Positions 19,663 through 29,999 of a stretch of 64,000 nucleotides of DNA are shown here, one piece after another. The first letter of the stretch is position 1; each line of letters starts with the position of its first letter. The notes beneath the pieces are model-generated. The model saw only the letters and a program-made list of their open reading frames with translations, was not told the origin of the DNA and made no database searches. The position numbers and the translations under genes were made by a program. Source of the stretch: an uncultured SAR86 cluster bacterium (lineage in GTDB: Bacteria; Pseudomonadota; Gammaproteobacteria; Magnimaribacterales; D2472); NCBI GenBank assembly GCA_902586925.1, contig CACIJE010000001.1, forward strand, positions 270,104 to 334,103, given 5' to 3'.

Positions 19663-20904
19663 ATGAATAAAATCTTTGTAACATTTTTTTTAATTACATC
19701 AACATTCTTAAATGCGAAGTTTGAGTTATTAGATAGGATTGCAATTATTGTTGACGATGGGGTTGTAATGGAGTCTCAAATCCAAGATGCAATGAAGACA
19801 CTAGAACAAAGGTTTATCGATCAAAATTTGCAAATGCCTCCAAAAGAAACATTATTTGAGCAAGTAAAAGAACAACTAATTATTGAAGAACTTCAATTGC
19901 AGCTTGCTGATAGAGCAGGAGTCAAGATAAGTGATGCTGAACTAAACTCTACAATATCTCGCTTAGCTTCAAATAATCAAATGACTCTAGAAGAATTTAT
20001 ATCATTCATTGAGAACAGCGGCGACTCTTATGAAAAAGTTCGTGAGTCTATGAGAAAAGAAATGAAAATACAAAGAATTCAAAGAGGTAGAGTAAATTCA
20101 AGCATAGAAATAACTGAAAATGAATTTGCTTCATTTATGGCTACGGATGAAACACTTGAAATGCTTGAGGCAGAATTGCAGGTCAGACAAATCCTGGTTA
20201 AAGATCTTAGCACAGCTGAAAAAGTATTAAATTTAATAAAAAATAATACTGATTTTTCTAAATTAGCTAAGGATTATTCTATTAGCGCAAACTCCTCTAG
20301 TGGAGGTTTACTAGACTGGAGAAAACCATCAGAAATGCCAGAGCTATTTGCAAATGCTTTAAAAAATAAGCCAATTGGCTTCGTCTCAGATTCATTAGAA
20401 AGTGGTGCTGGTTTTCACATACTCAAGCTTGAAGATAAAAGAGGTGAGTTTGTACAATTTGAGGAACAATGGCTTGTTAGACATATATTATTATCCTCAT
20501 CTGCAATACGTAATAGTGTGGAGACACAAAAACAACTTAATAATATTAGAAAAAGAATTGTTGATGGCGAAGACTTTTCGTTATTGGCAGAAGAATTTTC
20601 AGAGGATCCAGGCTCTGCAAAAAAAGGTGGCGACCTTGGTTGGACAGGCTTGGGAGTTTTCACACCTGTTTTTGAGGAAATGATGCTCTCTTCAAAAATT
20701 GGAAAAGTTTCTGAAGTTTTTGAAAGCGAATTCGGTTTTCATTTTCTTGAAGTAATCGATAAAAGAAATTATGAACTTACAAATGATCTCATTGAAGATA
20801 GAGCCTACAACATGCTTTATGCAAGAAAATATGATGAAGAACTTGAGAATACTTTAAGAACGATGAGAGCTGAAGCTTTCGTAGAATTTAAAAACTTAGA
20901 TTGA
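19663..20904 (+). CDS. surA: Periplasmic chaperone/PPIase SurA
   Basis: Signal peptide, LDRIAIIVDDGVV, two parvulin domains (VRQILV, VRHILL, SEDPGSAKKGGDLGW, FGFHFLEV). Confidence 0.95.
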   Translation: MNKIFVTFFLITSTFLNAKFELLDRIAIIVDDGVVMESQIQDAMKTLEQRFIDQNLQMPPKETLFEQVKEQLIIEELQLQLADRAGVKISDAELNSTISRLASNNQMTLEEFISFIENSGDSYEKVRESMRKEMKIQRIQRGRVNSSIEITENEFASFMATDETLEMLEAELQVRQILVKDLSTAEKVLNLIKNNTDFSKLAKDYSISANSSSGGLLDWRKPSEMPELFANALKNKPIGFVSDSLESGAGFHILKLEDKRGEFVQFEEQWLVRHILLSSSAIRNSVETQKQLNNIRKRIVDGEDFSLLAEEFSEDPGSAKKGGDLGWTGLGVFTPVFEEMMLSSKIGKVSEVFESEFGFHFLEVIDKRNYELTNDLIEDRAYNMLYARKYDEELENTLRTMRAEAFVEFKNLD

Positions 20905-21884
20905 AAAAGATAATTTATTCTCCTGGAGATCCTAGTGGAATAGGACCAGATTTAATAATTAAACTTGCATCATCAAAAATGTGGGAGGATTTAAAAATTC
21001 CCATTGTTGTTATTGGAGATTCTAATCTTTTCTTAGATAGAGCAAAATTACTCAAGAAAAAGATCAAAATACACAAACACGATTCAACTGACAATGTTAA
21101 AAAAAATCATGCAGGTGTAATTCAATTAATTACAGTATCTAGATGCCAAAACACTAATGCTGGAAAACTTGATACTAATAATGCTAAATATGTTTTAAAT
21201 AATCTAAACTTTTCAATTAAACAAACATTATTTGACAAAGAAGCAGCTCTTGTAACTGGTCCCATTAGTAAAGAAAATATCATTTCAATAGATAAATCTT
21301 TTATGGGACACACTGAATATATAAAAAAAATAACTAAATCTAAGGACGTTCTGATGATGCTAGCTTCAGATCAACTAAAAGTTGCCTTAGCAACAACTCA
21401 TATTCCTCTAAGAGATGTTACTAAAGCAATCACGAAAGATTTAATTATTAATAAAGTAAAAATACTTCATCAAGAATTAAAAAATAAATTTAATATCAAG
21501 AATCCTAATATAAAAGTCCTTGGCTTAAATCCACATGCTGGTGAAAGTGGTAAAATAGGAAGTGAAGAAGAAAATCATATTAAGCCTGCAATAAATCTTT
21601 TAAAAAAAAGAAAAATCAATGTGTCAATGCCAATATCAGCTGATACTGCATTTTCTCAAAAGTTAATGAAAGAAACTGATGCTTATTTAGGAATGTATCA
21701 TGATCAAGTCTTGCCTGTTTTAAAAACATTAAGCTTTGGAAACTCAATAAATGTCACTTTAGGAGTACCAATTATAAGAACTTCAGTTGATCATGGAGTA
21801 GCATTAGATATTGCTGGAACAAATAAATCTGACTCGTCATCTTTATTGCTAGCTATCAAGACTGCAAAAAGATTAATTAAATGA
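20901..21884 (+). CDS. pdxA: 4-hydroxythreonine-4-phosphate dehydrogenase
   Basis: GDPSGIGPD, VTGPISK, GHTEY, GLNPHAGE, GMYHDQ, RTSVDHG; TTG start. Confidence 0.96.
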   Translation: MKKIIYSPGDPSGIGPDLIIKLASSKMWEDLKIPIVVIGDSNLFLDRAKLLKKKIKIHKHDSTDNVKKNHAGVIQLITVSRCQNTNAGKLDTNNAKYVLNNLNFSIKQTLFDKEAALVTGPISKENIISIDKSFMGHTEYIKKITKSKDVLMMLASDQLKVALATTHIPLRDVTKAITKDLIINKVKILHQELKNKFNIKNPNIKVLGLNPHAGESGKIGSEEENHIKPAINLLKKRKINVSMPISADTAFSQKLMKETDAYLGMYHDQVLPVLKTLSFGNSINVTLGVPIIRTSVDHGVALDIAGTNKSDSSSLLLAIKTAKRLIK

Positions 21885-22642
21885 ATTCTAGAAATATTAG
21901 AAGAAAATATGGTCAAAATTACCTTAAAGATCCCTCTGTTTTATATAAAATGGCAAGTGTTATCTCTCCACAAGACTCTCAAAATTTCCTAGAAATCGGA
22001 CCGGGATATGGAGCTTTAACAGAACAGTTAAACCTAAAAAATGTAAATGTAATTGGTGTTGATGTTGATTCAACAAATATTGAATTTCTTAAAAATAAAT
22101 TTAAAGGTCCTGCCAACTTTAAATTTGTCAGAGAAAATATACTAGAGTACAAAATTCATGGTCACAATCACCGAATTGTAGGCAACCTCCCCTACAACAT
22201 TTCTACACAAATAATCTTAAAACTACTTAACAACTATGAACAAATTATAGATATGCATTTTTTAGTTCAAAAGGAAGTTGCTGAAAAAATTACTGGGCAA
22301 GTTGGAACCAAAAATTGGGGTAAATTGGGTGTAAAAATTTCTGCCTTCTTTGACAGTGAAATTTTATTTGATGTGCCGCCTGATGCATTTGATATTAAAC
22401 CAAAAGTTGATTCTAGCTTTTTAAGATTTATCCCAAATGAATTTATTAAAATGAACTTAAATATAAAAGAAAATCTTTTTAAACTTATAGACTTAGCATT
22501 TACTTCAAAGAGAAAAAATATTAAAAATAATCTAAAAGATCTCAATATCAATTGGGATGTAATTGATATTAATCCAACGAAAAGGCCTGAGGAGCTGTGT
22601 CTTGAAGAGTTCCTATATCTTTCAAAGAACGTTATGATTTAA
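21881..22642 (+). CDS. rsmA: 16S rRNA m6,2A dimethyltransferase
   Basis: KYGQNYL, LEIGPGYGALT, GNLPYNIST, LVQKEVAE, PKVDS. Confidence 0.96.
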   Translation: MNSRNIRRKYGQNYLKDPSVLYKMASVISPQDSQNFLEIGPGYGALTEQLNLKNVNVIGVDVDSTNIEFLKNKFKGPANFKFVRENILEYKIHGHNHRIVGNLPYNISTQIILKLLNNYEQIIDMHFLVQKEVAEKITGQVGTKNWGKLGVKISAFFDSEILFDVPPDAFDIKPKVDSSFLRFIPNEFIKMNLNIKENLFKLIDLAFTSKRKNIKNNLKDLNINWDVIDINPTKRPEELCLEEFLYLSKNVMI

Positions 22643-23442
22643 TGTCACATTATGTAATTGGTGATGTCCAAGGATGCTTTGATGAGCTAATTAGTCTCTG
22701 TTCAAAAGTGAATTTTGATCCAAGTAAAGATAAGTTAATATTTGCAGGAGATCTTGTTAACAGAGGGCCGAAATCACTAGAAGTTTTGGATTTCTGTTTA
22801 AAAAATAAAAAATCTATTAAGGCAGTTCTTGGTAACCATGATTTTTATCTTTTATATCTAATAGAACATAAAAAAAATAATAGATCATTAAAAAAAATCC
22901 TTACTGCTAAAAATATTATAGGCATACATAAATGGTTAAAAAAACTGCCGCTATTATTAAAAATTAATATTGGTAGCCATGTTTTTTGGATTTCTCATGC
23001 TGGAATTCCATTTATATGGGATTTTAAATTGGCAAAAAAACTTTCAAAAGAAGTTCAGGTTGGTCTAAAAGAAGATTCGTATGAGTTATTAAAAAAAATG
23101 TGGGGTGATTCACCAAGTAAATGGAATAACAAGCTTGAAAAATACAAACGCTATAGAGTAATAATAAATTACTTTACTAGAATGAGATTCTTGGATGAAA
23201 CTGGTTCTTTAAAATTAAAGAAAAAAAACCTAAAGCCAGAGAAAAATCATATTCCTTGGTTTGAGCAGACTAAGTATAATTTAAAAAAAAACGAGTCTAT
23301 TGTATTTGGACATTGGGCAGCACTTGAAGGAAAAACAAATTTAGATAATATAATTGGCTTAGACACAGGTTGTGTATGGGGCAATAAACTTACTGCGATA
23401 AGATTAGAGGACAAAAAACTTTTTCAAGTGAAGAAAAAATGA
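22642..23442 (+). CDS. apaH: Symmetrical bis(5'-nucleosyl)-tetraphosphatase
   Basis: IGDVQGC, GDLVNRGPKSL, LGNHD, HAGI, FGHWAAL, LDTGCVWG. Confidence 0.96.
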   Translation: MSHYVIGDVQGCFDELISLCSKVNFDPSKDKLIFAGDLVNRGPKSLEVLDFCLKNKKSIKAVLGNHDFYLLYLIEHKKNNRSLKKILTAKNIIGIHKWLKKLPLLLKINIGSHVFWISHAGIPFIWDFKLAKKLSKEVQVGLKEDSYELLKKMWGDSPSKWNNKLEKYKRYRVIINYFTRMRFLDETGSLKLKKKNLKPEKNHIPWFEQTKYNLKKNESIVFGHWAALEGKTNLDNIIGLDTGCVWGNKLTAIRLEDKKLFQVKKK

Positions 23443-24455
23443 AAGTTTATAAAGTTGGCGGTGCTGTCAGAGATTCAATTATGGGTGTTGAGTCTTCAGA
23501 TACCGATTGGGTTATTGTTGGTTCATCTCCTGAAGAAATGTTATCAAATGGTTTTATTCCCATTGGTAAAGATTTTCCTGTATTTTTACATCCTGAAACT
23601 AATGAGGAATACGCTCTTGCAAGAACTGAAAAGAAAACAGGAACTGGCTATGGTGGTTTCACATTTTATTATGGAGAAGATGTATCTTTAGAAGAAGATT
23701 TATCGAGGAGGGATTTTACAATAAATGCAATTGCTGAGGATAATAATGGAAAAATTATTGATCCTTTTAATGGACTAGGCGATATTAAAAATAAACTCTT
23801 CAAGCATGTCTCAAATGCTTTTTTTGAAGATCCCTTAAGGGCGATAAGATTGGCTAGATTTTATTCATATGATCATCTCAAGGATTTTAGTATTGATGAA
23901 GCAACTATAAAAAGTATCAACAAAATCGTTAAGTCAAAAGAAATAGCAAATCTATCATCAGGTAGAGTATGGTCAGAAACTTATAGAGCTTTATGTAATC
24001 CGCATCCAAGTAATTACTTTGAAAAAATAATTTATCTAAATTTGCTTGATCCTTTTTTTAATCAGTTAAAAAATCCATCTTGCTCTAGCCATAGTGACAA
24101 GGTTGTCAGATGGACTGAGCTTCAAATAAATAATAGCTTTAATTTAGCTGATGGTCTTCCATTGCCAAATGAATTTAATAATGCCATTGCTGTATCAAAA
24201 AATTTATTAAGAATACATCAAGATATTGACGAAGATGAGTTAGTTGTATTAATAGAAAAAACTAATTTTGTAAGGAATATTGATCTGATAAATCAATTAA
24301 TAACTCTTCCAAATTTTGTTAATAAAGACTACTTATCAAAACTTTCTCAAATAATACAAACAACTGATTTCTCATTTCTATCAAGTATATCAAAGGAGAA
24401 AATTGAGGAAGAAAAGATTAAAATATATAAAGAAATAATTAATAAGTGCAAATGA
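23439..24455 (+). CDS. cca: tRNA nucleotidyltransferase (class II CCA-adding enzyme, short form)
   Basis: VGGAVRD, DTDWV, GKDFPVFLHP, ALARTEKK, EDLSRRDFTINAIA, EDPLRAIRLARF. Confidence 0.92.
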   Translation: MKVYKVGGAVRDSIMGVESSDTDWVIVGSSPEEMLSNGFIPIGKDFPVFLHPETNEEYALARTEKKTGTGYGGFTFYYGEDVSLEEDLSRRDFTINAIAEDNNGKIIDPFNGLGDIKNKLFKHVSNAFFEDPLRAIRLARFYSYDHLKDFSIDEATIKSINKIVKSKEIANLSSGRVWSETYRALCNPHPSNYFEKIIYLNLLDPFFNQLKNPSCSSHSDKVVRWTELQINNSFNLADGLPLPNEFNNAIAVSKNLLRIHQDIDEDELVVLIEKTNFVRNIDLINQLITLPNFVNKDYLSKLSQIIQTTDFSFLSSISKEKIEEEKIKIYKEIINKCK

Positions 24456-25177
24456 ACAAAACTATATTTATAACAGGAGCTGCAAAAAGAATTGGTAAGG
24501 AGATAGCTCTTACCTATATGAAACTCGGTTGGAACATCATTATTCACTATAACTCTTCAAAACATGAGGCTGATGAATTAGCCTCTGAGATAAATCGTGT
24601 TAATCCTAATACCGCTATTACTGTTCAAGGTAATTTGGATGTTAAAGAGGACATAGAAAAAATAATCAAAAGAGTTCTTGTTGCATTTCCAACAATAGAT
24701 CTTTTAATAAATAATGCATCAACTTTTTATCCTACTCCCATTGAGGAGATTTCAGAGGATCATTGGGAAAAACTAATCGGCAGTAATCTTAAAGGCCCAA
24801 TGTTTTTAATAAAAGGGTTAGGAGAAAAACTTAGAGAATCTAAAGGATCGATAATTAATATTACAGATACTAATCTATCCAAGGGTGTGGCTAACTTTTC
24901 AATTTATTCAGCTGCAAAAGCAGGATTAGACGCAATTACAAAAGGACTTGCTAGAGAATTAGCTCCAGAAATAAAAGTAAATGCAATTGCTCCTGGTGCA
25001 ATGTTAGAGCCACCAGACATAACTTGGACTGAAGAACAAAAAAATAAAGTAATTGATTCTATTCCTTTAAAAAGAATGGGTTCAGAAAAAGATATTGCTG
25101 AAGCTGTAAAATTTCTTGCTGAATCTGATTACATTACTGGCCAAATCATTAAAGTTGATGGTGGTAGATCTTTGTAA
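24446..25177 (+). CDS. Pteridine reductase (FolM/PTR1-like SDR)
   Basis: ITGAAKRIG, HYNSS, LINNASTFYPTP, YSAAK, VNAIAPG; located near folB/folK. Confidence 0.8.
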   Translation: MQMNKTIFITGAAKRIGKEIALTYMKLGWNIIIHYNSSKHEADELASEINRVNPNTAITVQGNLDVKEDIEKIIKRVLVAFPTIDLLINNASTFYPTPIEEISEDHWEKLIGSNLKGPMFLIKGLGEKLRESKGSIINITDTNLSKGVANFSIYSAAKAGLDAITKGLARELAPEIKVNAIAPGAMLEPPDITWTEEQKNKVIDSIPLKRMGSEKDIAEAVKFLAESDYITGQIIKVDGGRSL

Positions 25178-26232
25178 TGAAGCCCCTTGATGACGCAAAA
25201 TTCTCAGGGACAAAAGCAGTTGATGAAAAACTAAAAATAAATACTTCAAAATTACAACCGTGGATTGATGGCAATGTTAAAAATGCTGGCAAAATCAAAT
25301 CAATAGAACAATTTAAGGGTGGTCAATCTAATCCTACCTATAAAATTATTACAGAATCAAAAAATCTTGTTTTAAGAAGAAAGCCTCCAGGGAAACTTCT
25401 TCCATCAGCTCATGCTGTTGATAGGGAATATAAAGTTATAACTGCTTTATACAACACCGATGTTCCAGTACCAAAAACATATGGCTTTTGCGAAAATGAT
25501 GATATTGCAGGCACAGCATTCTTTGTAATGGACTTTTTGGATGGTGATCTTTTTTGGGATCCTATGATTCCATCAATGAAAAATAATGACAGAACAGAAA
25601 TATATCAAAATAAAAATAAAATTTTGGCAAAACTTCACAGCATCGACTTCAAAAAAATTGGTCTTGAGGACTACGGTAAGCCAGGAAATTATGTTGCTAG
25701 ACAAGTATCGAGATGGTCAAAACAATATAAAGCATCAGAAACAGATAATATCGAAGCAATGAATAATCTTATTGAATGGCTTCCAAAAAATATTCCAAAC
25801 GATGATGAGACTTCAATTGTTCATGGTGATTACAGACTTGACAACATGATATTAAAAAATAATAAAGTAATAGGTATTTTAGATTGGGAATTATCAACTC
25901 TCGGTCATCCAATTGCAGACTTTAGCTATCATTGTCTTTCGTGGCGAACTCAAGAAGCCTTTTGGGATCAAGCTAAACTTAAAGAATTAGGGATACCCTC
26001 TGAAAGAGAATATATGGAAATGTACTGTGAAAACTCTGGTAAAGATTTATCGAAAAACTGGGAGTTTTATATGGCTTTTAATATGTTTAAAATTGCTGGA
26101 ATTTTACAAGGTATATTGGGTAGGGTTAGGGATGGAACTGCTGCATCAAAGCATGCAGAAGAAAGAGGTAAACTGGTTTATCCCTTATCTGCTGCAGCGT
26201 GGTCAACAATTGAAGAAAACTTTCTTAAATAA
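25177..26232 (+). CDS. APH-family phosphotransferase (ACAD10/11 kinase domain / LvaA-like)
   Basis: QFKGGQSNPTY, LRRKPPGKLLPSAHAVDREY, VHGDYRLDN, LDWELSTLGHPIAD. Confidence 0.88.
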   Translation: MKPLDDAKFSGTKAVDEKLKINTSKLQPWIDGNVKNAGKIKSIEQFKGGQSNPTYKIITESKNLVLRRKPPGKLLPSAHAVDREYKVITALYNTDVPVPKTYGFCENDDIAGTAFFVMDFLDGDLFWDPMIPSMKNNDRTEIYQNKNKILAKLHSIDFKKIGLEDYGKPGNYVARQVSRWSKQYKASETDNIEAMNNLIEWLPKNIPNDDETSIVHGDYRLDNMILKNNKVIGILDWELSTLGHPIADFSYHCLSWRTQEAFWDQAKLKELGIPSEREYMEMYCENSGKDLSKNWEFYMAFNMFKIAGILQGILGRVRDGTAASKHAEERGKLVYPLSAAAWSTIEENFLK

Positions 26233-26236
26233 TTAA

Positions 26237-26842
26237 TTATCTTTTAACAAAAAATAGAGTTATTCCAGAGATGGATGTAACAAGAGCAAGAATTGACAGA
26301 ACTTGTAACAAGATATTGTTAATGTTGTCCCTTTCGCGATAATCCATAATGTGAAGTGACCACAAAAAATCCCATATTCTCCAAGAATCTGACCTAATGG
26401 ATTTAATATCTCCTGTCATATAGCTAACATATACATTAATGTCATCCTTTGAATCTGTTTTGACTTTGTATACTGGTAGATCGCCTCTATATTCATATCC
26501 AGGTGATGTTTCTTTTATGAGAGTGGCATCTTTAGGACTCAGAGTTGTTTTTTGGGCTGTAATTATGAGTACCTCACTTTTTGTAAGAGGCTTGATCTCA
26601 GTTCCATCCGGATAACTTGCATAACTTTTTTTACCTTCTTGGATAGTTTCAATTACAGACGAGCCAAGTCTATCAAAAATTCTATACTCTATATCTTTGG
26701 GAAGACGATATTGCTCGCCTCTCACCAACTCGATTTTATTATAGGCAAAATAAATACCAGATATTGTCCATAATAGTAATTGTATCGAAACAAATATACT
26801 CAAATATCTATGGAAATTTCTTACAAATCTTTTTGTTTTCAT
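26237..26842 (-). CDS. PepSY-associated TM helix domain protein
   Basis: HRYLSIFVSIQLLLWTISG at the N-terminus; WRIWDFLWSLHIMDY and a terminal TM helix. Confidence 0.75.
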   Translation of the reverse strand: MKTKRFVRNFHRYLSIFVSIQLLLWTISGIYFAYNKIELVRGEQYRLPKDIEYRIFDRLGSSVIETIQEGKKSYASYPDGTEIKPLTKSEVLIITAQKTTLSPKDATLIKETSPGYEYRGDLPVYKVKTDSKDDINVYVSYMTGDIKSIRSDSWRIWDFLWSLHIMDYRERDNINNILLQVLSILALVTSISGITLFFVKR

Positions 26843-27219
26843 TAAATTAGTTCTTTTAAAGGTGCGGACACGAAATTATATTTTTGAATTTCGTCGCTTT
26901 CAAACAATATATCATCATTTTCATCAATTTGAAGCACTATATCAATATCAAGAGTCCTGGCACTAAATTTAGGAGCATTTCTATTTCGACCTGCTTTATC
27001 CTCAATTAATTTAAGTTCTTTATTAAAGTCTTCAAAACTTAATTCAGAGTTTCCACATATTATAGAGTTTAAAAAATCATCGCCTTCGAATCCTTCTGCT
27101 TTTGTTTTATGAATTGATGATGACTCGACATTCAAAAGAATTTTTTTTAACTCTTGTAATGCAAATTCTAAATTCTTCTCAGCATCAATGTTGCTTCCTA
27201 GAGATAAAAAATATTTCAT
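26842..27219 (-). CDS. folK: 2-amino-4-hydroxy-6-hydroxymethyldihydropteridine diphosphokinase (short form)
   Basis: LSLGSNI, FLN, ELKLIE..GR, RTLDIDI; follows folB. Confidence 0.88.
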   Translation of the reverse strand: MKYFLSLGSNIDAEKNLEFALQELKKILLNVESSSIHKTKAEGFEGDDFLNSIICGNSELSFEDFNKELKLIEDKAGRNRNAPKFSARTLDIDIVLQIDENDDILFESDEIQKYNFVSAPLKELI

Positions 27220-27566
27220 TATCTATGAATTATAAGTCCAACGTCCTCAGCACCTCTAAGAGCACCAGGTTTTGATACTCTTAATTTGATAGACTCAACG
27301 TCATAATTATTTTTTACAAGCGATGCTATACCTTCAGCCAATGACTCTTGTAATTGAAAAGATGATTCTTCTACAAATTTAATAACAGCCTTACAAATAG
27401 TTTTATAATCAATGGTATCCTCAATCGAATCAGATTTGGCTGCTTTTTTACAATCAAAAGGAAATTCCATATCAATACTTACCTCTTGCTTGACTTTCCT
27501 TTCCCAGTCAAAAATACCAATGATTGTTTTTACTCTAAGATCTTTTATATAAATTATATCTTTCAT
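27219..27566 (-). CDS. folB: Dihydroneopterin aldolase
   Basis: IIGIFDWERKVKQEVSID, DTIDY, LQESLAE, VSKPGA. Confidence 0.92.
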   Translation of the reverse strand: MKDIIYIKDLRVKTIIGIFDWERKVKQEVSIDMEFPFDCKKAAKSDSIEDTIDYKTICKAVIKFVEESSFQLQESLAEGIASLVKNNYDVESIKLRVSKPGALRGAEDVGLIIHR

Positions 27567-28567
27567 ATTTCTAACTCATTTAAAGGCCATCGTGATCTCA
27601 CCTTTGAGGAATAATCTATATTTTTTATAGGTTTCATCATAGATCCTACAAATGCAATCATTGCGGCATTATCACCACAATATTTTAAATCAGGATAATA
27701 CACTTTTATATTATGTGATTGCTCAAGCTTTTTGAACTCACTCCTTAAGAACTTATTTGCAGCAACTCCTCCTGCAATAATTACCTCATTTCTTCCTGTT
27801 ATCTCAATTGATTTTTTAATTTTTGTCACTAAAACATCAGAAATTGCTTGTTGAAATGATGCAGCAATATCTGCTTTTTCTTCCTTTGAAATATTAGATA
27901 TTTTCTGTACAGTATATAAAACAGACGTCTTAAGTCCACTTAAACTCATATTTAAATTATCACTATTAATCATAGGTCTTGGGAAATCAAATGTATCTGA
28001 TTTTCCTTCAAGTGCTAATTTCTCAAGGTGAGGACCTCCAGGATAAGGCAAGTCTAATAACTTTGCAATTTTATCAAAAGCTTCGCCAACTGCATCATCT
28101 TCTGATTGACCTATAATTTCGTATTTTCCTTTACCTATAACATCGACAATCATGGTGTGGCCACCAGATACAAGCAAACATATAAAAGGCATTTTTATCT
28201 CAGGAAATTCCATCATTGGTGACATCAAGTGCCCTTCCAAATGATTTATGGGTATTAATGGAATATCGAGTGCTATTGATAATCCTTGAGCAAAACTTTC
28301 ACCGATTAGAAGAGTTCCTAATAAACCAGGTCCAGAAGTATAAGCAATCTGATCAATTTTTTTGATAGAAAGATCGCCTAAAGCATCTAAAAGTACATCA
28401 ACAATTTTAACGCAATGATCTCTTGAGGCTAACTCAGGCACTACTCCCCCATACTCAGCATGCATATCTATTTGACTATAAATAGATTCGCCAATTATGC
28501 CTTCTTTAGAGTCATAAATAGCTATTGCAGTTTCATCACATGATGTTTCTATTCCTAAAGTTTTCAT
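27563..28567 (-). CDS. tsaD: tRNA N6-adenosine threonylcarbamoyltransferase
   Basis: LGIETSCDETA, GGVVPELASRDH, NHLEGH, LLVSGGHT, DDAVGEAFDK, DNAAMIA. Confidence 0.98.
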   Translation of the reverse strand: MKTLGIETSCDETAIAIYDSKEGIIGESIYSQIDMHAEYGGVVPELASRDHCVKIVDVLLDALGDLSIKKIDQIAYTSGPGLLGTLLIGESFAQGLSIALDIPLIPINHLEGHLMSPMMEFPEIKMPFICLLVSGGHTMIVDVIGKGKYEIIGQSEDDAVGEAFDKIAKLLDLPYPGGPHLEKLALEGKSDTFDFPRPMINSDNLNMSLSGLKTSVLYTVQKISNISKEEKADIAASFQQAISDVLVTKIKKSIEITGRNEVIIAGGVAANKFLRSEFKKLEQSHNIKVYYPDLKYCGDNAAMIAFVGSMMKPIKNIDYSSKVRSRWPLNELEI

Positions 28568-28615
28568 AAAAGTTTTGCAAAAATGTTAATAAAAGCCTAA
28601 ACTACGCGACACATT

Positions 28616-28831
28616 ATGCCTTCAATTATTATAAAAGATACAGAACATTTTGATATTGGTTTGAGAAAATTCAAACGCGCATGTGAAAAAGCAGCAATAG
28701 TTCCTGAAATAAGAGCTAGAGAATTTTACGAAAAGCCTACCGAGAAAAGAAAAAGACTAATGGCAGCAGCAGTAAAAAGAGCAAGAAAAACCAACAGAAA
28801 ATTTTCATTTCCAAGACAAAGATCTAGATAG
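28616..28831 (+). CDS. rpsU: 30S ribosomal protein S21
   Basis: [28 protein letters not shown]; divergent from tsaD. Confidence 0.96.
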   Translation: MPSIIIKDTEHFDIGLRKFKRACEKAAIVPEIRAREFYEKPTEKRKRLMAAAVKRARKTNRKFSFPRQRSR

Positions 28832-28833
28832 TT

Positions 28834-29277
28834 TTGGCACTTATATCAGATATAAAAAATGACCTAAAACAAGCTATGCTTGATAAAAACGATTTGGTGA
28901 GAGATACCATAAGAATGTTTTTATCTGAAGTGCAGCGTTTTGAGATTGATAATAAAGAAGAAGTTGATGACTCGAGAGCCCTTCAAATCATTAATAAAAT
29001 GATTAAGCAAAGAAATGACTCTATTTTTCAATTTAAGGAAGGCGGTAGAGAAGACTTAGCAGATAAAGAACAAAAAGAGGTTGCTATACTCTCACAATAC
29101 AAACCTGAGCAGCTAAGCGAAGAAGAAATTTCAACAAAAGTGAAGGAAGTTCTTCAAGAAGTTGACGCAAAATCAATGCAAGATATTGGTAAGGTTATGG
29201 GTAGACTAAAGTCATCACTAGCTGGGTCTGCAGATATGGGATTAGTTAGCAAAGTTGTGAAGGACCAACTTTCTTAA
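28834..29277 (+). CDS. GatB/YqeY domain protein
   Basis: [26 protein letters not shown]; follows rpsU; TTG start. Confidence 0.92.
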   Translation: MALISDIKNDLKQAMLDKNDLVRDTIRMFLSEVQRFEIDNKEEVDDSRALQIINKMIKQRNDSIFQFKEGGREDLADKEQKEVAILSQYKPEQLSEEEISTKVKEVLQEVDAKSMQDIGKVMGRLKSSLAGSADMGLVSKVVKDQLS

Positions 29278-29294
29278 ATTATGATCTATCGATC

Positions 29295-29999
29295 ATGAAA
29301 AGAAATCAAGACCGCAATAATAATCAACTAAGAGAAATTACAATTGAGCCAAATGTTAATATTCATGCTGAGGGTTCTGTTCTAATCTCATTCGGCAATA
29401 CAAAAGTTATTTGTAATGCATCTATTGAAAATAATGTACCAAGATGGATGAAAAATTCTGATGAAGGTTGGGTGACAGGAGAATACGGCATGCTACCAAG
29501 ATCTACTAATGAGCGAATGGGAAGAGAAGCAGCCCGTGGGAAGCAAAGTGGACGAACACAAGAAATACAGAGACTTATAGGAAGGTCTCTAAGACAATCA
29601 GTTAATTTAAAGTATCTGAAAGGCAAGACTATCAATGTTGATTGTGATGTCATTCAAGCTGATGGTGGAACTAGAACAGCATCAATTACTGGAGGGTGTG
29701 TTGCCCTATTTCTTGCAATTAAAAATCATCATGATGATCAAAGAGCAATTAGGTCATTTGTAGCTGCTATATCTATAGGCATTAAAGAAAGTCAAATATT
29801 ACTTGATTTGGATTACGATGAAGATAGTTCGGCAGACACAGACCTTAATATAGTTATGAATGATAAAGATGAGTTAATAGAAATACAGGGCACTGCTGAA
29901 AATGTACCTTTTTCAAGAAATGAACTGAGTGATATGCTTGAAATGGGTAGTGCAGCAATTGCAGATATTATTAAAAAACAAAAGGCATGTATTAATTAA
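29295..29999 (+). CDS. rph: Ribonuclease PH
   Basis: [53 protein letters not shown]. Confidence 0.97.
   Translation: MKRNQDRNNNQLREITIEPNVNIHAEGSVLISFGNTKVICNASIENNVPRWMKNSDEGWVTGEYGMLPRSTNERMGREAARGKQSGRTQEIQRLIGRSLRQSVNLKYLKGKTINVDCDVIQADGGTRTASITGGCVALFLAIKNHHDDQRAIRSFVAAISIGIKESQILLDLDYDEDSSADTDLNIVMNDKDELIEIQGTAENVPFSRNELSDMLEMGSAAIADIIKKQKACIN

Noticed and set aside
26842-27219. folK as a pseudogene because it is only 125 aa
   Set aside because: The ORF is intact, keeps LGSN and RTLDID motifs, and is coupled to folB; a compact variant is more likely.
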